Source of the DNA: an uncultured Bacilli bacterium
GTDB taxonomy: Bacteria > Bacillota_I > Bacilli_A > RF39 > UBA660
Assembly: GCA_947626095.1 (NCBI GenBank)
Contig: CANQQV010000002.1
Coordinates: 1 to 64,000 of the forward strand
Length of the DNA stretch: 64,000 bases
Direction: 5' to 3'
Positions 9,114-19,578 of this stretch are shown here, piece by piece. Both the position numbers and the translations under genes were made by a program. Under the pieces are notes generated by a model that made no database searches, had not been told where the DNA came from, and saw only the letters and a list, made by a program, of their open reading frames with translations. Within the stretch, counting starts at the first letter, position 1. Every line of letters begins with the position of its first letter.

Positions 9114-10661
9114 TTAATTATAAAGCTTAGTATAGATTATTCGACCAACAATAGCCATACCAATTAAGGCGATTACTTCAACTATAGTAGTTAAGAAAAT
9201 ACTATCAGTTGTCTTTGGTGATAACTTCTTTCGAGAATTAGTGAATTTAACAATTGTTTCTTCATCAGCTTTAATTGATCCTTTAGCATTTTCTTTAGCT
9301 ATTTCAAAATCTTTAACTGGTTTTTCACTTACTTCATAACTAGTATTTTCTGGTAAGCCTTTAGCTGTCTTACTTTCGCCATCTTTAAGAGTAAATTCAG
9401 CACGACCATTTTTAAATTCCATATCGCCATATTGACCACTAATTTCTTGATCATCTAATGTAACAGTAAAAGTAAATTCTGTATTTAAATCTTTATCTTC
9501 ACCAACAACAATCTTTCTAACTGTTAGATCACCTGTTTTAGTTTCTGGAGTTGGATCAGGCTCTGGATCTGGTTGTGGTTTTGGATCAGGATCTGGTGTT
9601 GGAGTTGTTTTAGAAGTATTTTTGATGGTAATAACAATTTCTTTACCATAAGCATCATTTATTGTACCAGAATACTTATTATCTTCTTGGGTTAGGCCTT
9701 CGGCATTAGATGAGAATTCAACCTCATAGTTTTCTTCATCTTCTTCGATGATTTCAACGTAGATTTTGTTATCGTCGTAATAACTGCCATTATAACATGC
9801 TGACCAACCATCTGAATCATTTAACTCGATAACATTACCTTTGGTTTTTTTAGATAAAGTTACTTCTTGATATGTATCAAAGCCATTTTTGTCTTCTTTT
9901 AGTTTACCGGCCTTATCATTTCCTAAGATATTGACACCAACTTTTAATTTGACTTCCCAATTATCTAAAGTATCCGGTGCAAATTCCTTTTTGATTTTTA
10001 AAGAAGTGTTGGTTCCCATTGTGGTAACATTACCATAAGAAACTTCACTAATACAGTTTGCAATTTGGGGATTAATGGGCTCTTTCGATTGAATATGAAT
10101 AATATTGATAGTTACTGGATCCGTTCCTTTACCGATTGTAATATTATTACTTTGACCATTATCATTGATAGTAACTTTAATACTATTACTTTCTTTTTGA
10201 ATATTTATAGATATAGGCTGAATAAAGGAAACATTTTCTGCGGATAATTGAGATTCATATAAAAAATAATTGCCTGCTGGAAGATTTTTAATATTTAAAA
10301 TGCCTTCGCCATTGGTATTCATCTGCGTAGCTAGTGCTACCTTCTCAGTTATTTTATTAGAGAAAGTATAGGTTCCATCACTTTCATTAAACAAAAGATA
10401 TTCTTGTATTGTTGAACCTGACGGTTGTTTAGCAATTTTAATGCCAACATTTGCTAATGGTGTTTTATCACTGGAATCTTGTATTTGAGATTCTACTTTA
10501 AGTTGTAGATTAACGCTTTCTGCTCCAGGAATTTCGATAGGATCATTTCCTGCTGCTTTAGACCTAGTTGCTGTTGTAAGAATGATAAAGCATGTGATGA
10601 AAAAGAAAATTGCAGTTATCAAGACTTTATGGTTTTGATATAGATAAGTTTTTTTATTCAT
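9114..10661 (-). CDS. Cell-wall-anchored Ig-like surface protein with SPKTTD sorting signal; paralog of 6749-8986
   Basis: Homologous N-terminus (MNKKTYLYQN vs MNKETYLYKN), a PDP/PEP linker, a shared EFTFTVTL..YG.M.FK.G.A.FTLKDGE repeat, and a C-terminal TM segment. Confidence 0.75.
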   Translation of the reverse strand: MNKKTYLYQNHKVLITAIFFFITCFIILTTATRSKAAGNDPIEIPGAESVNLQLKVESQIQDSSDKTPLANVGIKIAKQPSGSTIQEYLLFNESDGTYTFSNKITEKVALATQMNTNGEGILNIKNLPAGNYFLYESQLSAENVSFIQPISINIQKESNSIKVTINDNGQSNNITIGKGTDPVTINIIHIQSKEPINPQIANCISEVSYGNVTTMGTNTSLKIKKEFAPDTLDNWEVKLKVGVNILGNDKAGKLKEDKNGFDTYQEVTLSKKTKGNVIELNDSDGWSACYNGSYYDDNKIYVEIIEEDEENYEVEFSSNAEGLTQEDNKYSGTINDAYGKEIVITIKNTSKTTPTPDPDPKPQPDPEPDPTPETKTGDLTVRKIVVGEDKDLNTEFTFTVTLDDQEISGQYGDMEFKNGRAEFTLKDGESKTAKGLPENTSYEVSEKPVKDFEIAKENAKGSIKADEETIVKFTNSRKKLSPKTTDSIFLTTIVEVIALIGMAIVGRIIYTKLYN

Positions 10662-10744
10662 TTTTCCATCTCCCCTTCACTATATGATTTTTGTAAACTA
10701 TAGTATTTAAACTGATTAAAAAAACTTGAATTTCTATATCTGAA

Positions 10745-10778
10745 ATTTTACCCCCCCCTCCCGGTCTATTCTTGTCAA
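10745..10778 (-). promoter_or_regulatory. Promoter-like element with a G8 tract (GGGAG8) between TTGACA and TAAAAT
   Basis: TTGACA at 10778-10773 and TAAAAT at 10750-10745; spacer 22 nt, containing C8 at 10751-10758 on the plus strand. Confidence 0.55.
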
Positions 10779-10807
10779 TAAAAAAAGAGGATAAATCCTC
10801 TATTTAA

Positions 10808-12121
10808 TTAAGCTTTCTTTCTTTTTGATTTAGTTATTTTGTTATTACTAATTAGTAAACCAAGCATTATAAAGAGTAATGGAGCGGTGAAATAAGTATT
10901 TAGATTAAAGAAATCTTGCATGATATAACATAAGATACCACTACCTAAAGCTAGATAATAGTAATTATTTCTTTTTTTAAGCCAAGTAATTAAACTACTT
11001 ATTAAGAATAGAATATAACTTAAAGCCCCGAAAAGACCAATATTTATTAAATAACCTAAATAAGCATTATGAGCATTATCTACATAAGTTATAATACCAG
11101 TATTAGCACGATACCATTGAATATAAAATCTTTTACTAGAAGTACCTGGACCAGTACCTAGAATAGGATGTTCTAAAAATAATTCAATACCTTGTTTCCA
11201 GATTAAACCTCTTCCTGTACCAAAGTTATCATCCATACGGCCATGCATAGTTTCAGATATCTCATGAATAGTTACATTATTACCTTTATAGAAAAAGATG
11301 CCTATAGCCGCAATAATTATTAATACAAAGATACCTATACCGACTTTTTTAGCTTTGTTATTATCTTTAATTAAAACAGGAATTGTTAGAACGATACAAC
11401 CAATTAAAGCTAATAAACCAGAAGTTACATTACTGATTAAACTGATAGCTAAACCTAATAAAGTAGGAAAAATTAATAAACGATCATTTTTGTTATCTGA
11501 TTTTAAAGAGTAAATAAATAAGATAGGAATAGATAAGCATAAATAAGCAGATAGGAAATCGATATTACCAATAGTTCCTAGGAAAGATTTACTATAAGTA
11601 TAAAAACTTAAATCTTCAGGGAATAACCATAAAGCGTTAAAATCAAGAATTTGAATAAAGGAAACTAAAGAACATAAGCCTAAACCAAGACCTAGGGCCC
11701 ACATAAAGATTCTTTTTGGTTTAGTAAAGATAGATACACCAAAGAAGATAAGAACATATAGGAAGGTGGTTATAAAACCTTCATAACGACCAATAAAAAG
11801 GAATGTATCTGGTTTATAGGTAGAACATAAGGCGGAGATGAAAGAAATAAGTAAAAAAGCAAAGACGAAAAAATAAGGAATGTTTAGATTTAGAGAATAT
11901 TTCTTTTTCTTTATTTTTTCGAGAATAAAGAAGATTATTAACGATATTATCCAAATACCAGTTGTAATAAAGAAGAAATAAGCTTTTACTTTATCAATAT
12001 CACGATAGCCATTAAAGCCAACTACTAAAGGGAAAAATAATAACATAATAAAGACGTATAAGTCAGTTACTACTTCACAATTAATAATATCTAAAAATTT
12101 CTTTTTTTTCATAATACACAC
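10808..12121 (-). CDS. O-antigen ligase / Wzy_C-like (GT-C) polytopic membrane protein
   Basis: Many TM segments; GTIGN; R..IW....HPILGTGPG; AHNAYL. Confidence 0.8.
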   Translation of the reverse strand: MCIMKKKKFLDIINCEVVTDLYVFIMLLFFPLVVGFNGYRDIDKVKAYFFFITTGIWIISLIIFFILEKIKKKKYSLNLNIPYFFVFAFLLISFISALCSTYKPDTFLFIGRYEGFITTFLYVLIFFGVSIFTKPKRIFMWALGLGLGLCSLVSFIQILDFNALWLFPEDLSFYTYSKSFLGTIGNIDFLSAYLCLSIPILFIYSLKSDNKNDRLLIFPTLLGLAISLISNVTSGLLALIGCIVLTIPVLIKDNNKAKKVGIGIFVLIIIAAIGIFFYKGNNVTIHEISETMHGRMDDNFGTGRGLIWKQGIELFLEHPILGTGPGTSSKRFYIQWYRANTGIITYVDNAHNAYLGYLINIGLFGALSYILFLISSLITWLKKRNNYYYLALGSGILCYIMQDFFNLNTYFTAPLLFIMLGLLISNNKITKSKRKKA

Positions 12122-12202
12122 CTGGTTCTTTCAGCTAGATTATATCTTTTATCTATTTAGGTGTCAACTTGTTAATAGTCAAGAAAAAAGACACTATTGT
12201 GT

Positions 12203-12841
12203 CTATCTAATACTTGCTATTTGTTTTTCATAGTCGTCATTTTTAACAACATATGAACCACTAACAACCATATCAGCACCAGCTTCTTTAGCTAGTTTAG
12301 CAGTTTTATCGTTGATACCACCATCAACACTGATAATGTAATGATAATTATTTTCTTCTCTTATATCTTTAAGGGTTTCGATTTTATATAGAATATCTTC
12401 CATAAATTCTTGACCACCCTTACCTGGTTTGACACTCATGACTAAAACTTGATCAACAGATTTTAGTAATGGGACAATATGACTTACTTTAGTTTCAGGA
12501 TTAATAGCAATACCAACTTTCATTGGAGTATGTCTGATCATATTAATAACATCGATTGGACGACGATGAGATTCATAATGAATGGTTAGATATTCAACGT
12601 TTGGTAACTTTGTAAAATCTTTAACGTATTTATTTGGTGAACAACACATTAGGTGAACGTCTAGTTTTTTGTTGATGCCTTTAAAGATTTTCTTTAAATC
12701 AGATACAGTATATGTTGTATTAGGAACAAAGATACCATCCATCATATCAACATGAATGTATTCAGCACTAGATTCTTCAATTTTTTTAATTGTTGTTTCT
12801 AAATCATCTTTAAGAGATAAAAATGATACTGCTACTTTCAT
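12203..12841 (-). CDS. rpe: Ribulose-phosphate 3-epimerase
   Basis: HVDMMDGIFVPN, DVHLM, MSVKPGKGGQ and VDGGIN. Confidence 0.95.
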   Translation of the reverse strand: MKVAVSFLSLKDDLETTIKKIEESSAEYIHVDMMDGIFVPNTTYTVSDLKKIFKGINKKLDVHLMCCSPNKYVKDFTKLPNVEYLTIHYESHRRPIDVINMIRHTPMKVGIAINPETKVSHIVPLLKSVDQVLVMSVKPGKGGQEFMEDILYKIETLKDIREENNYHYIISVDGGINDKTAKLAKEAGADMVVSGSYVVKNDDYEKQIASIR

Positions 12842-13671
12842 TTCTCCAACCCTTTCAAAAACAATAGATAATTATCATATCTTGATTGTAATATCTTTTT
12901 TTCTTCAATTGCTTCTTTGACTTTGCATCCTATTTCTTTGTGATGCATACAGTCTCTAAATTTACATTCATAATTACTAAATTCAATAAAACTATCTCGT
13001 AAAGCTTCTTTACTCATATCGGTTAAATCAATAGCTGAAAAACCAGGTGTATCGACAATATAACCATCAGCGACATTATATAGTTCAACATGTCTAGTGG
13101 TGTGTTTGCCCCTACCTAGAGCTTCACTTATTTCATCGGTTTTAACACTTAAGTTTTCATCTAAACGATTAAGTAGACTACTTTTACCAGCACCAGTTTG
13201 CCCAGCTAAAACAATTATTTTGTTTTTAATGATTTTTTTGATGTTAACAGTATCATCATTATAAACAACTTTAAGACCAATCATTTCATAATATAAACGT
13301 AATTTTTCAATTCTCTCTAGTTCCATTTCGTTTAAAAGATCTAACTTAGTAAAACAAATAACAGGTTCAATATCGTTATATGTTATGACACTTATTAGTT
13401 TATCTAATAAGTTTAGATCTAAATCTGGTTTTTTAGTACTAGTGACAATAAAAGCAATATCGACGTTAGCAACAATTGGTCTTTTTAGTTCGTTTTTACG
13501 AGGTAGAACATCAGTAATTAAGTTGTTATTAGGATCAATTATAACGTTATCACCGACCATAGGAGTTATCTTATTATTACGAAATTTACCTCGAGCACGG
13601 CAACCGTATAACATATCACCAGCTTTGACTGTATATAAATTACTGATTATTTTAATTATTTGACCATTCAT
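12838..13671 (-). CDS. rsgA: Ribosome small subunit-dependent GTPase A
   Basis: TKLDL, GQTGAGKSS, GKHTT, DTPG and a CxFxxCxH..C zinc motif. Confidence 0.95.
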   Translation of the reverse strand: MNGQIIKIISNLYTVKAGDMLYGCRARGKFRNNKITPMVGDNVIIDPNNNLITDVLPRKNELKRPIVANVDIAFIVTSTKKPDLDLNLLDKLISVITYNDIEPVICFTKLDLLNEMELERIEKLRLYYEMIGLKVVYNDDTVNIKKIIKNKIIVLAGQTGAGKSSLLNRLDENLSVKTDEISEALGRGKHTTRHVELYNVADGYIVDTPGFSAIDLTDMSKEALRDSFIEFSNYECKFRDCMHHKEIGCKVKEAIEEKKILQSRYDNYLLFLKGLEK

Positions 13672-13679
13672 CTTTTACC

Positions 13680-15446
13680 CTATTCAGTTTCTTCGATGTC
13701 ACAGAATTCATCTAATGGATTACATTCGGTTTCTGTTTCCGTTGGTTTAGTAGCAACTGTAATAGTTAGGGTTGTACCTGATGATACAGAGTAGCCTTTT
13801 GATCTACTTTGTTTAATGATTGTTCCTTCATCATAGCTTGAGTCTTCTTCCTCAACTATTTTTAAAGTAACACCATATTTGTCACAGAATTTTTGAACAT
13901 CATCAATAGTATAGGTTCCATCAGTAAAGTCAGGATATTGAGTTACAATATCAGGTACTTGTAAAGTAATACTATCTTTAGCACCTAATTTAGAACCTGG
14001 TTCTTTATCTTGACCAATAATAGTTTCTTCTTCATAGTTTTCTGGATCATCTACTGGTTTTTTCTCGATATAAACCATGATACCATAAGCTTCTAGTTCA
14101 CCTTTTACTTCACGATAGTTTTGACCTGTATAATCTTCGATTTCATGTTTAGAGTCACCAGTTGAAACATAAATTGTAACAATTGTTCCTTTGGTTCTTT
14201 TAGAACCTGAGGCAGGATTAGTTTTAACAACTAAATCTTTAGCAATACTATCATCACTTATTTCAACTTGTTCATCTGATACTTCAAAACCAGCATCTTG
14301 TAGTTCAGTTATTACTTCACTTACAGTTTTACCTGCAACATCAGGAACAATAATGACTTTAGGATTTAACATACCTTTAATAAAGAACATAACGACGGTT
14401 ACAATTAAGATTAATGAGACAAAGATGGAAGTTAAGACAATAAGTAGTTTATTTTCTTTTTTTATTTCTTCATCAGTTACTTGTTTCACAGATACTTCTT
14501 CTTTCTTTCCTTTGTTTTCGCTTTCTTCAACAGTTATAGCTTGTTCAACTTGTTTAGTAAATTTCTTGTTATCACTATCTAATTCAGGATATTGATATTC
14601 ATATTTAGGTTCATTTAATCTTGATTCATCTAAGCAAGTTGTTAAATCTTCATACATTTCTCTAGCATCATTATAACGGTTTTTAGGATTTTTTGCAGCA
14701 CTCTTCAAGATAATATTCTCAACGCTTTGAGGAATGTCAGGAAGAGTTTCACGAATACTAGGAAGTGGTTCTTTTAAATGCTTTAAAGCTATTTCAACGG
14801 CATTATCACCACGATATGGTAAGGTACCAGTTAATAGTTCATACATTAAAATACCCATGGAATAGATATCACTTTTTAAGGTACTACCCTTACCACTAGC
14901 TTGTTCTGGTGGTAAGTAGTGAACTGACCCCATTACTGAATTAGTTTGCGTAAGTTGAGTGGCGTTCATCGCCATGGCAATACCAAAGTCAGTTATTTTA
15001 ACTAAACCATTTTCTAAAATCATAATATTTTGTGGTTTAATATCACGATGGATAATATATGAATCATGAGCAACGGATAAACCATCAGCAATTTGACTCA
15101 TAATATCAACGACTTCTGTAACAGTTAATTTACCACGTTTTTTAATTAAATCTTTAAGGTTTTTACCTTCAATATATTCCATTACAATGTAGTATTGTCC
15201 ATTGTCATCACCAACATCGTATACTTCAACGATATTAGGATGACTTAAACTACTAGCATTTAAGGCTTCTCTTTGAAATCTTCTAACAAACTTTTCATCG
15301 TTTGATAAGTCACCACGGAGAACTTTTACGGCAACATCACGATCTAAAATAGTATCATAGGCCAAATAAACATTGGCCATACCACCTTCACCAATAGACT
15401 TAATTATTTGATAGCGATCATTGATTTTTTGACCTTTCATTATCAT
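13680..15446 (-). CDS. prkC: PASTA-domain Ser/Thr protein kinase
   Basis: GEGGMA, HRDIKPQN, DFGIA, a TM segment and PASTA repeats. Confidence 0.95.
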   Translation of the reverse strand: MIMKGQKINDRYQIIKSIGEGGMANVYLAYDTILDRDVAVKVLRGDLSNDEKFVRRFQREALNASSLSHPNIVEVYDVGDDNGQYYIVMEYIEGKNLKDLIKKRGKLTVTEVVDIMSQIADGLSVAHDSYIIHRDIKPQNIMILENGLVKITDFGIAMAMNATQLTQTNSVMGSVHYLPPEQASGKGSTLKSDIYSMGILMYELLTGTLPYRGDNAVEIALKHLKEPLPSIRETLPDIPQSVENIILKSAAKNPKNRYNDAREMYEDLTTCLDESRLNEPKYEYQYPELDSDNKKFTKQVEQAITVEESENKGKKEEVSVKQVTDEEIKKENKLLIVLTSIFVSLILIVTVVMFFIKGMLNPKVIIVPDVAGKTVSEVITELQDAGFEVSDEQVEISDDSIAKDLVVKTNPASGSKRTKGTIVTIYVSTGDSKHEIEDYTGQNYREVKGELEAYGIMVYIEKKPVDDPENYEEETIIGQDKEPGSKLGAKDSITLQVPDIVTQYPDFTDGTYTIDDVQKFCDKYGVTLKIVEEEDSSYDEGTIIKQSRSKGYSVSSGTTLTITVATKPTETETECNPLDEFCDIEETE

Positions 15447-16189
15447 TTCTTATCACCGCTTTCAAGATTTAAATAAGCTACTGATATATTATCAGTTCCC
15501 CCTCGAGCATTACTTTTTCTAATTAATTTAACTACTTGTTCTTCTATTTCTAATTCATCATCATCTAAAACTTTTTCAATTTGTTCTTTGGTAAGCATTG
15601 AGGTTAAACCATCACTACATAGTAGGATACCATCAACATTAGTATCAACATCAAAGACATCTAATTCAGCTTTATCACTACTACCTAAAGCACGCATTAA
15701 AACATTTCTTTTTGGATGGTATTTAGCTTCTTCTTCAGTTAAATCACCAGCTGAAACAAGAAGATTAACTAAGGTATGATCTTTAGTTACTTTAGTTAGT
15801 TTTCCATTTTTTAAAACAAATCCTGATGAATCACCAATATTACCAAAGATTAGGTAAGAATCAGTAAGTAAAGCCATAACGGTTGTTGTACCCATTCCTA
15901 AACTATCTGGATGATCTTTAGTATGATCTAAGATTTCTTGATTTATTTGGCTAATATTATCTTTCATCCAGTTAATAGCTTCAAGTTTATCACCTAAAGA
16001 ATCAACTGCGGAAAAGCTTTTGCCTAAATGAGTAAGAACCATTGAACTAGCAACTTCACCAGCACGATGTCCTCCCATGCCATCAGCAACAATTAATAAA
16101 TATTCATTATTGGCATTTTTTAAGATGGTTACGGCGTCTTCGTTATGATTTCTTACTTTTCCTGAATCTGTTAAATAAAATGATTTCAT
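15443..16189 (-). CDS. prpC: PP2C-family Ser/Thr phosphatase (Stp1/PrpC)
   Basis: NED, ADGMGGH, CSDGL and GGTDN. Confidence 0.93.
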   Translation of the reverse strand: MKSFYLTDSGKVRNHNEDAVTILKNANNEYLLIVADGMGGHRAGEVASSMVLTHLGKSFSAVDSLGDKLEAINWMKDNISQINQEILDHTKDHPDSLGMGTTTVMALLTDSYLIFGNIGDSSGFVLKNGKLTKVTKDHTLVNLLVSAGDLTEEEAKYHPKRNVLMRALGSSDKAELDVFDVDTNVDGILLCSDGLTSMLTKEQIEKVLDDDELEIEEQVVKLIRKSNARGGTDNISVAYLNLESGDKK

Positions 16190-17205
16190 TATTCCACCTC
16201 TTTACTTCTAAGTTGTCCACAAGCAGCATCTATTTTGCTACCAAATTCTTTTCTGATTGTAACATTTATTCCTTTTTTCTTTAATATATCATAAAATTTC
16301 ATAATTTGTTCTTTACTTGTTCTTTTGAATTCTAAATGATTAGTTTCATTGTAAGGAATTAAGTTAACATAGACGTTCATTCCTTTTAGTAAGTTAGCTA
16401 ATTCTAAAGCATGACTTTCTTGATCATTTACTTTATCAAGCATAACATATTCAATGGTTGGTCGTCTATTAGTTTTAGCAATATATTCATTTATAGTATC
16501 TATTAATTCGTGAAGTTTATACGATTTGTTAATGGGCATTAATCTATTTCTTAGCTCATCATTAGGAGCATGAAGCGAAATAGCTAGATTGATTTGCAAT
16601 GGTTCGTTTTGCAATTCTTTAATCTTAGGAATAATACCACATGTTGATAAGGTAATATGGCGAGCACCAATAGCTAAACCTTTAGCATCATTAACGATTT
16701 TAATAAAATCTAAGACGTTATCATAATTATCTAGGGGTTCACCGATACCCATAATGACAATACTAGAAATGCGCTTATTGATATCATTTTCAATAAGTAA
16801 AATCTGTTCAACCATTTCGTAGGCCCCTAAGTTACGAACCTTTTTAAGTCTTCCCGATTCACAGAAAGCACAACCCATATTGCAACCTACTTCACTACTA
16901 ACACAAACTGATAAACCATAGTCATGTTCCATTAAGACAGCTTCAACGAAGTTGCCATCTAATAATTTAAATAAGTACTTTTTGACTAGTTTATCTTCTT
17001 GCTTTTTAACTATTTTTATCATATCAAATGAGAAATCTTTATCTAAGCGTTCTTGAAGTTCTTTTTTGATATTGGTCATTTTATAGAACGAATCAACATG
17101 ATGAGTATAAAGCCATTCAAAAACTTGTAAAGCTTTAAACTTCTTTTCGTTTATATCAATAAAATATTGTTCTAAGTCGCTTCTTTTAATTCCATATATA
17201 TTCAT
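16189..17205 (-). CDS. rlmN: 23S rRNA m2A2503 methyltransferase (radical SAM)
   Basis: GCNMGCAFC, MGIGEP and AACGQL. Confidence 0.95.
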   Translation of the reverse strand: MNIYGIKRSDLEQYFIDINEKKFKALQVFEWLYTHHVDSFYKMTNIKKELQERLDKDFSFDMIKIVKKQEDKLVKKYLFKLLDGNFVEAVLMEHDYGLSVCVSSEVGCNMGCAFCESGRLKKVRNLGAYEMVEQILLIENDINKRISSIVIMGIGEPLDNYDNVLDFIKIVNDAKGLAIGARHITLSTCGIIPKIKELQNEPLQINLAISLHAPNDELRNRLMPINKSYKLHELIDTINEYIAKTNRRPTIEYVMLDKVNDQESHALELANLLKGMNVYVNLIPYNETNHLEFKRTSKEQIMKFYDILKKKGINVTIRKEFGSKIDAACGQLRSKEVE

Positions 17206-17281
17206 TCTATAAACACCTAGTATAATTATATCATAAATGATAATTTTTAAAACACTAAAAAACCAACTTTAAAAGGTTGGT

Positions 17282-17965
17282 TTACTCTTTAAAGGCATCT
17301 TCTAAAACAAATTTATTCTTTTTATGAATAATACTTATTCCAGAAAAAGAATTTAAAACCCCAAAGATAGTAATAACTATGACAATAACATATTTAAAGA
17401 TATTAATCGTTTCTTTGTTTACTTCTTCTATAAAATTACCATTTTGAATAATAATATTTATTTCATTAACTAAGTAAAAAAAGAAGAAAGCAATTAAAAT
17501 ATATAATGTTAAATTAATTATAGTAATAAAGGCATCATAGATGTAGATATTTATCTTACGTAAATATTTTTTTCTAAATCTTCCTCTAATCGCATTATTT
17601 ATAACAAATTTAACAACAAAACAAATAATAACTAAGGCACTAGATAGAAGAACAAAACTCCTTCTTACAGCAGCATTATATGTACTTAAAGTATATTCAT
17701 CTAGCTTGGTAAATAAAGTGAATTTGAAATTAGAAATATTACAACCAATAAAGACAAGAAGAATTAGTATGGCAAGAATTGCACTTATTTCAATAATTGT
17801 TTTTAAGCATGCTTCAGTAATAGTTATTTCACTTTTGATTGTATTACCATTCATACCTATATTATCATAGTCGTTATATAAATTATTGGAAACGTTTGAA
17901 TAATCTTGATTAACGGGATTATTATGAACTTTTTTACTAGCTTTTTCGACTGTTAGAAAACCCAT
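17282..17965 (-). CDS. Hypothetical membrane protein (about 4 TM segments)
   Basis: Long ORF with hydrophobic segments; AGGAG RBS before the ATG at 17965. Confidence 0.6.
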   Translation of the reverse strand: MGFLTVEKASKKVHNNPVNQDYSNVSNNLYNDYDNIGMNGNTIKSEITITEACLKTIIEISAILAILILLVFIGCNISNFKFTLFTKLDEYTLSTYNAAVRRSFVLLSSALVIICFVVKFVINNAIRGRFRKKYLRKINIYIYDAFITIINLTLYILIAFFFFYLVNEINIIIQNGNFIEEVNKETINIFKYVIVIVITIFGVLNSFSGISIIHKKNKFVLEDAFKE

Positions 17966-18026
17966 ATAACCAACTCCTATTATCATATAGAGTATATCAT
18001 ATTTATGGTTTTATTGATAGTAATAA

Positions 18027-18719
18027 TTATTCTTCTAAATGAACTTTTAACTTTTTGATTACTTTCTTTTCAATACGGGAGATATATGATTGACTAATAC
18101 CTAAAAGTTCTGCAACTTCCTTTTGGGTATACTCGGTCGTATTATATAAACCATAGCGCATAATCATTATCTGTTTATCGCGATCATTTAATTGTTCTAA
18201 GTATTTTTTTAGAAGTTCTATATCTAATTTTTTTTCATATTCTTTATAAGTTAGATCTTCCCCTGTTCCCACAATATCTTCTAAGTGTAATTCATTACCT
18301 TCGGCATCATAGGTTAGAGCTTCTTCAAAGCTAATATCATTAACTCTTTTTTTATTTTTCCTTAAGTACATTAGAATTTCATTAGATATACAACGAGAAG
18401 CATAAGTAGCTAGACGAATATTTTTATCAATTTTGTAAGTGTTAATACCTTTAATTAAGCCGATTGAACCAATACTTACTAAGTCTTCTAAGGTATCTAG
18501 GGAACTTTCATATTTTTTAGCAATAAAGACAACTAAGCGTAAATTATGTTCAATTAATTTATTACGGGCGTTAAGATCTCCTTGTTGAGCTTTAATAAGA
18601 TAAGATATTTCTTCTTCAGCTGTTAATGGTGGTGGTAAGATATCACTACTACCAACAAAGAAGAATTGGTTATATTTACTTTTTAAATAACAAATTATTT
18701 TTTTGATTAATTTAATCAT
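18027..18719 (-). CDS. sigE: Sporulation sigma factor SigE
   Basis: LPPPL, LIEHNLRLVV, LATYASRCISNEILM and ISQSYISRIEK; translationally coupled downstream of spoIIGA. Confidence 0.85.
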   Translation of the reverse strand: MIKLIKKIICYLKSKYNQFFFVGSSDILPPPLTAEEEISYLIKAQQGDLNARNKLIEHNLRLVVFIAKKYESSLDTLEDLVSIGSIGLIKGINTYKIDKNIRLATYASRCISNEILMYLRKNKKRVNDISFEEALTYDAEGNELHLEDIVGTGEDLTYKEYEKKLDIELLKKYLEQLNDRDKQIMIMRYGLYNTTEYTQKEVAELLGISQSYISRIEKKVIKKLKVHLEE

Positions 18720-19507
18720 TTTAATCCCTCCATAACATTACTATTGATAATACAATCAATACCATCGATAAAGAAGTTTTTTTCACTTATACCAACTAAG
18801 AATTTATCGTACATTAAACCATTTATTTCTAGTTTTAAAGCTTTAAAACAAGTTAATAAGCCATGATTATTTAAGGAATTATACGGAACATAAAGTGGAT
18901 TAATAATATTAAGCCCTTCTAGTTTGTTTTTATTAAGTAAAATAATACTTTTATTAGTATAGGGATCTTTAAGTTTATTACCGGTATCTAAAAAAGCATT
19001 AACGGTTACATAGTTAGATTGATCAAAATATATTTTACATTGATAGTAGTTACTATAATTATTTTTTAAATCTTTAAAAGATAGTATGTATTTGGTAAAT
19101 AAAAGAAAAGCTAAAATAAGAATAATTAGGTAACTTATTTTTAAACTATTGTGATTAAATAATAAACCATTATTGGTATAACTAAATTGACTATTTAAAA
19201 AGTAGATACCCCCACCCATTAACATACTAACAAGATAGAAGTAAATAAAGTTTTTTTTGAAATAGTTAAAATCACGATAACCAAAGCTAACTATTAACAT
19301 TAATATTGATACTATTAATTTATAAATTAGTAAGCTGGTGGTGTTTAGTTTGAAGAAAAGAATAAACAAAGTAAGACTGCCAATTAAAGCACCTAGTAAA
19401 ATTCTAGATATTTTAGCGTTTCTTTTTAAAATATAATTAACACTAAAAAGTAATATTAAATCAAATAAATAGTTTATGATAATGACAAGATCTAAATATA
19501 TTTTCAT
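18716..19507 (-). CDS. spoIIGA: Pro-sigmaE processing aspartic protease SpoIIGA
   Basis: IYLD..IIN N-terminus, several TM segments and the DTGNKLKDP catalytic motif. Confidence 0.88.
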   Translation of the reverse strand: MKIYLDLVIIINYLFDLILLFSVNYILKRNAKISRILLGALIGSLTLFILFFKLNTTSLLIYKLIVSILMLIVSFGYRDFNYFKKNFIYFYLVSMLMGGGIYFLNSQFSYTNNGLLFNHNSLKISYLIILILAFLLFTKYILSFKDLKNNYSNYYQCKIYFDQSNYVTVNAFLDTGNKLKDPYTNKSIILLNKNKLEGLNIINPLYVPYNSLNNHGLLTCFKALKLEINGLMYDKFLVGISEKNFFIDGIDCIINSNVMEGLK

Positions 19508-19578
19508 AATATCACCATCATTAAATTAACATTTAAGATGATTGAAAAAAGTCAAAAAAAAACGATTAAATCGTTTTT

